DNA of 64,000 nucleotides from Candidatus Dadabacteria bacterium (GTDB lineage Bacteria; Desulfobacterota_D; UBA1144; Nemesobacterales; Mycalebacteriaceae): NCBI GenBank assembly GCA_026708565.1, contig JAPOUR010000032.1, positions 9,081 to 73,080 of the forward strand, read 5' to 3'. Shown piece by piece: positions 62,063 to 64,000 of this stretch (position 1 is its first letter; each line of letters starts with the position of its first letter). The notes under the pieces were generated by a model. It saw only the letters and a program-made list of their open reading frames with translations, ran no database searches and was not told where the DNA came from. The position numbers and the translations under genes were made by a program.

Positions 62063-62745
62063 TTGGAAAATTGCCGTCAGTTGCGAAAAAGATTCTCAAT
62101 GCCCTTACCGGAATCGGCCTTGTGCTTTTTCTGGTGGTTCATCTCCTCGGCAACCTGACGCTCTTCAGTTCCGACCCCGGCCCCTTCAACTCCTACGCGA
62201 AAACGCTTCATGACCTCGGATGGCTTCTCACGGCAATTGAGATAGCGTTGCTGTTGCTGTTCGCGGCGCACATAGCGAGTTCAATCATCATTACAAGGGC
62301 CAACAGAAAAGCGCGCAACGAGGGATACGCCGCGCAGGCAAAAGGCAGGGCATCCGCAACAAAGCCCGTAGCGTCAAGAAATATGATTTACAGCGGAATT
62401 ATTCTCGGCGCGTTCGTAGTGTGGCACGTTATATCTTTCCGCTTCGGCCCCGGAATAGCCGAGGGCTATGTGACCGAGATTAACGGGGTGGCCTCAAGAG
62501 ACCTTTATGCGGTGGTGTACGAATTCTTTGAAAATCCGCTGAACGTTCTTCTTTACACCGCCGTGATGATTTTCCTCGGGCTTCACCTGCGCCACGGATA
62601 CTGGAGCGCCTTTCAGTCTCTGGGCGCCATAAAGAAAAAATACATGCCGCTTGCAACTGCGGCGGGCTATATGGTCGCGGTCATTCTGTCCGCCGGATTT
62701 CTGTTGATACCGTTGTGGATATACTTTGCGGGGCGCGGAGGGTAA
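62038..62745 (+). CDS. sdhC: Succinate dehydrogenase/fumarate reductase dihaem cytochrome b subunit (type B, five transmembrane helices).
   Basis: Polytopic, with His residues in the transmembrane helices. It sits between mdh and the flavoprotein gene. Confidence 0.7.
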
Positions 62746-62751
62746 AAGGAA

Positions 62752-64000
62752 TTGTCTCTTGACGCAAAGATTCCCGAGGGCGGGCTTGGAGAGAAATGGA
62801 CTAAATACAAGTCCGGCGTTCCTCTGGTCAACCCGGCAAACAAGCGCGGCCTCGGTGTCATCGTGGTGGGCAGCGGGCTCGCGGGAGCGTCCGCGTCCGC
62901 ATCCCTTGCTGAACTCGGATACAAAGTAACAACAATCTGCATACAGGACTCTCCGCGCAGGGCGCACAGCATCGCCGCGCAGGGAGGAATCAATGCGGCA
63001 AAGAACTACCAGAATGACGGCGACAGTGTGTGGCGTCTTTTCTACGACACCATAAAGGGCGGAGATTACAGGGCGCGCGAGGCAAATGTTTACCGGCTTG
63101 CGGAGATAAGCGCCGGGATTATAGACCAGTGCGTGGCGCAGGGCGTTCCGTTTGCGAGGGATTACGGCGGCATGCTTGAGAACCGCTCTTTCGGCGGCGC
63201 TCAGGTGTCAAGAACATTTTACGCCCGCGGGCAGACCGGGCAGCAGCTTCTCATCGGCGCTTACGGCGCGCTTATGAGGCAGGCGGAAAAGGGGGGGGTA
63301 ACCATATTCCCGATGAGGGAGATGCTTGATCTGGTCGTAGTGGACGGCAAAGCGCGGGGGGTTGTCTGCAGAAATCTTGAAAACGGAGACATAGAGAGGT
63401 TTGCCGCCGAAGCGGTCGTGCTTGCGACCGGCGGATACGGAAACATTTACTATCTTTCCACCAACGGCAGAAACTCAAACGCGACCGCCGCGTGGCGCTG
63501 CCACAAAAAGGGCGCGCTGTTTGCCAATCCGTGCTTCACACAGATACACCCGACATGCATACCGGTTTCGGGAGACCATCAGTCAAAACTGACGCTTATG
63601 AGCGAGAGCCTTAGAAATGACGGCAGGGTGTGGGTTCCCAAAAACAAGGGAGACTCACGGCGGCCGGGCGACATACCCGAAGGTGAGAGAGACTACTACC
63701 TTGAGAGACGCTATCCCGCCTACGGCAATCTGGTGCCGAGGGATGTGGCGTCAAGGGCGGCAAAGGCAATCTGCGACGAGGGCGGGGGGGTCGGCGAAAC
63801 GGGCCTTGCGGTTTATCTGGATTTTGCTTCCGCCATAGAAAGAATGGGCGGGGACGCCATCAGGGAAAAATACGGAAACCTGTTTGACATTTACCGGAAG
63901 ATAACGGACGAAAATCCCTACGAAGTTCCGATGAAGATATATCCGGCCGTTCATTACTGCATGGGCGGGCTGTGGGTTGACTACGGCCTAATGAGCAGTA
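62752..64000 (+). CDS. sdhA: Succinate dehydrogenase/fumarate reductase flavoprotein subunit, 3'-partial because it runs off the window.
   Basis: TTG start after a GGAGGG ribosome-binding site. Sequence [16 protein letters not shown]...[11 protein letters not shown] (FAD-binding GxGxxG)...[10 protein letters not shown]. Confidence 0.8.
   Translation, partial: MSLDAKIPEGGLGEKWTKYKSGVPLVNPANKRGLGVIVVGSGLAGASASASLAELGYKVTTICIQDSPRRAHSIAAQGGINAAKNYQNDGDSVWRLFYDTIKGGDYRAREANVYRLAEISAGIIDQCVAQGVPFARDYGGMLENRSFGGAQVSRTFYARGQTGQQLLIGAYGALMRQAEKGGVTIFPMREMLDLVVVDGKARGVVCRNLENGDIERFAAEAVVLATGGYGNIYYLSTNGRNSNATAAWRCHKKGALFANPCFTQIHPTCIPVSGDHQSKLTLMSESLRNDGRVWVPKNKGDSRRPGDIPEGERDYYLERRYPAYGNLVPRDVASRAAKAICDEGGGVGETGLAVYLDFASAIERMGGDAIREKYGNLFDIYRKITDENPYEVPMKIYPAVHYCMGGLWVDYGLMSS

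Overview
This is a bacterial chromosomal segment of about 60% GC on average. It looks Gram-negative, because it encodes trimeric autotransporter adhesins (TAAs), TamB and lipoproteins. It is densely coding and mostly housekeeping. The housekeeping genes, in order, are: tRNA-Pro then mnmA and a methylthiotransferase; cbiX, pepT and hflX; a luciferase-like monooxygenase (LLM-family) oxidoreductase and an acyl-CoA synthetase; a nuoM-like gene followed by folE, hemA and hemC; the initiator tRNA then xseB and ispA; a transaldolase; rpsT, holA, ndk, cysC and proA; pdaD, nfo and cdsA; tamB; an M23 peptidase; ligA, polX and a metallo-beta-lactamase-fold (MBL) hydrolase; apgM; tRNA-Leu; nfeD with a stomatin; and yceD, rpmF, fabD, fabG, acpP, fabF, acnA, icd, mdh and sdhC, ending in a 3'-truncated sdhA. 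Three things stand out. (1) A giant 5'-truncated trimeric autotransporter adhesin gene (1..6018) is built from concatenated head cassettes and carries kilobase-scale near-identical internal duplications; a small canonical TAA paralog lies at 15695..17512. (2) A lower-GC island at about 27544..32180 encodes an AlbA_2/HATPase_c_4 protein, a beta-class DNA methyltransferase fused to a C-terminal HNH nuclease, and a convergent, overlapping pair of AT-rich genes of unknown function that is a candidate novel defence or toxin module. (3) A second lower-GC island at 48242..51940 lies between the nfeD-stomatin operon and yceD-rpmF-fab. It carries a Septu-like PtuA ATPase and PtuB HNH pair, followed by an ankyrin-repeat protein whose C-terminus is a NucS/Shedu-like PD-(D/E)xK nuclease domain. 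That gene is split by a -1 frameshift at an A5GG tract and contains a near-perfect 201-bp tandem repeat. I also see a textbook sigma-70 consensus promoter driving a leaderless 34-aa hydrophobic peptide upstream of hflX, an orphan NuoM/MnhD-family subunit, and a membrane-anchored ankyrin protein with a duplicated 41-bp element at its 5' end. All calls rest on reading the sequence and on motif recognition; no database searches were possible.
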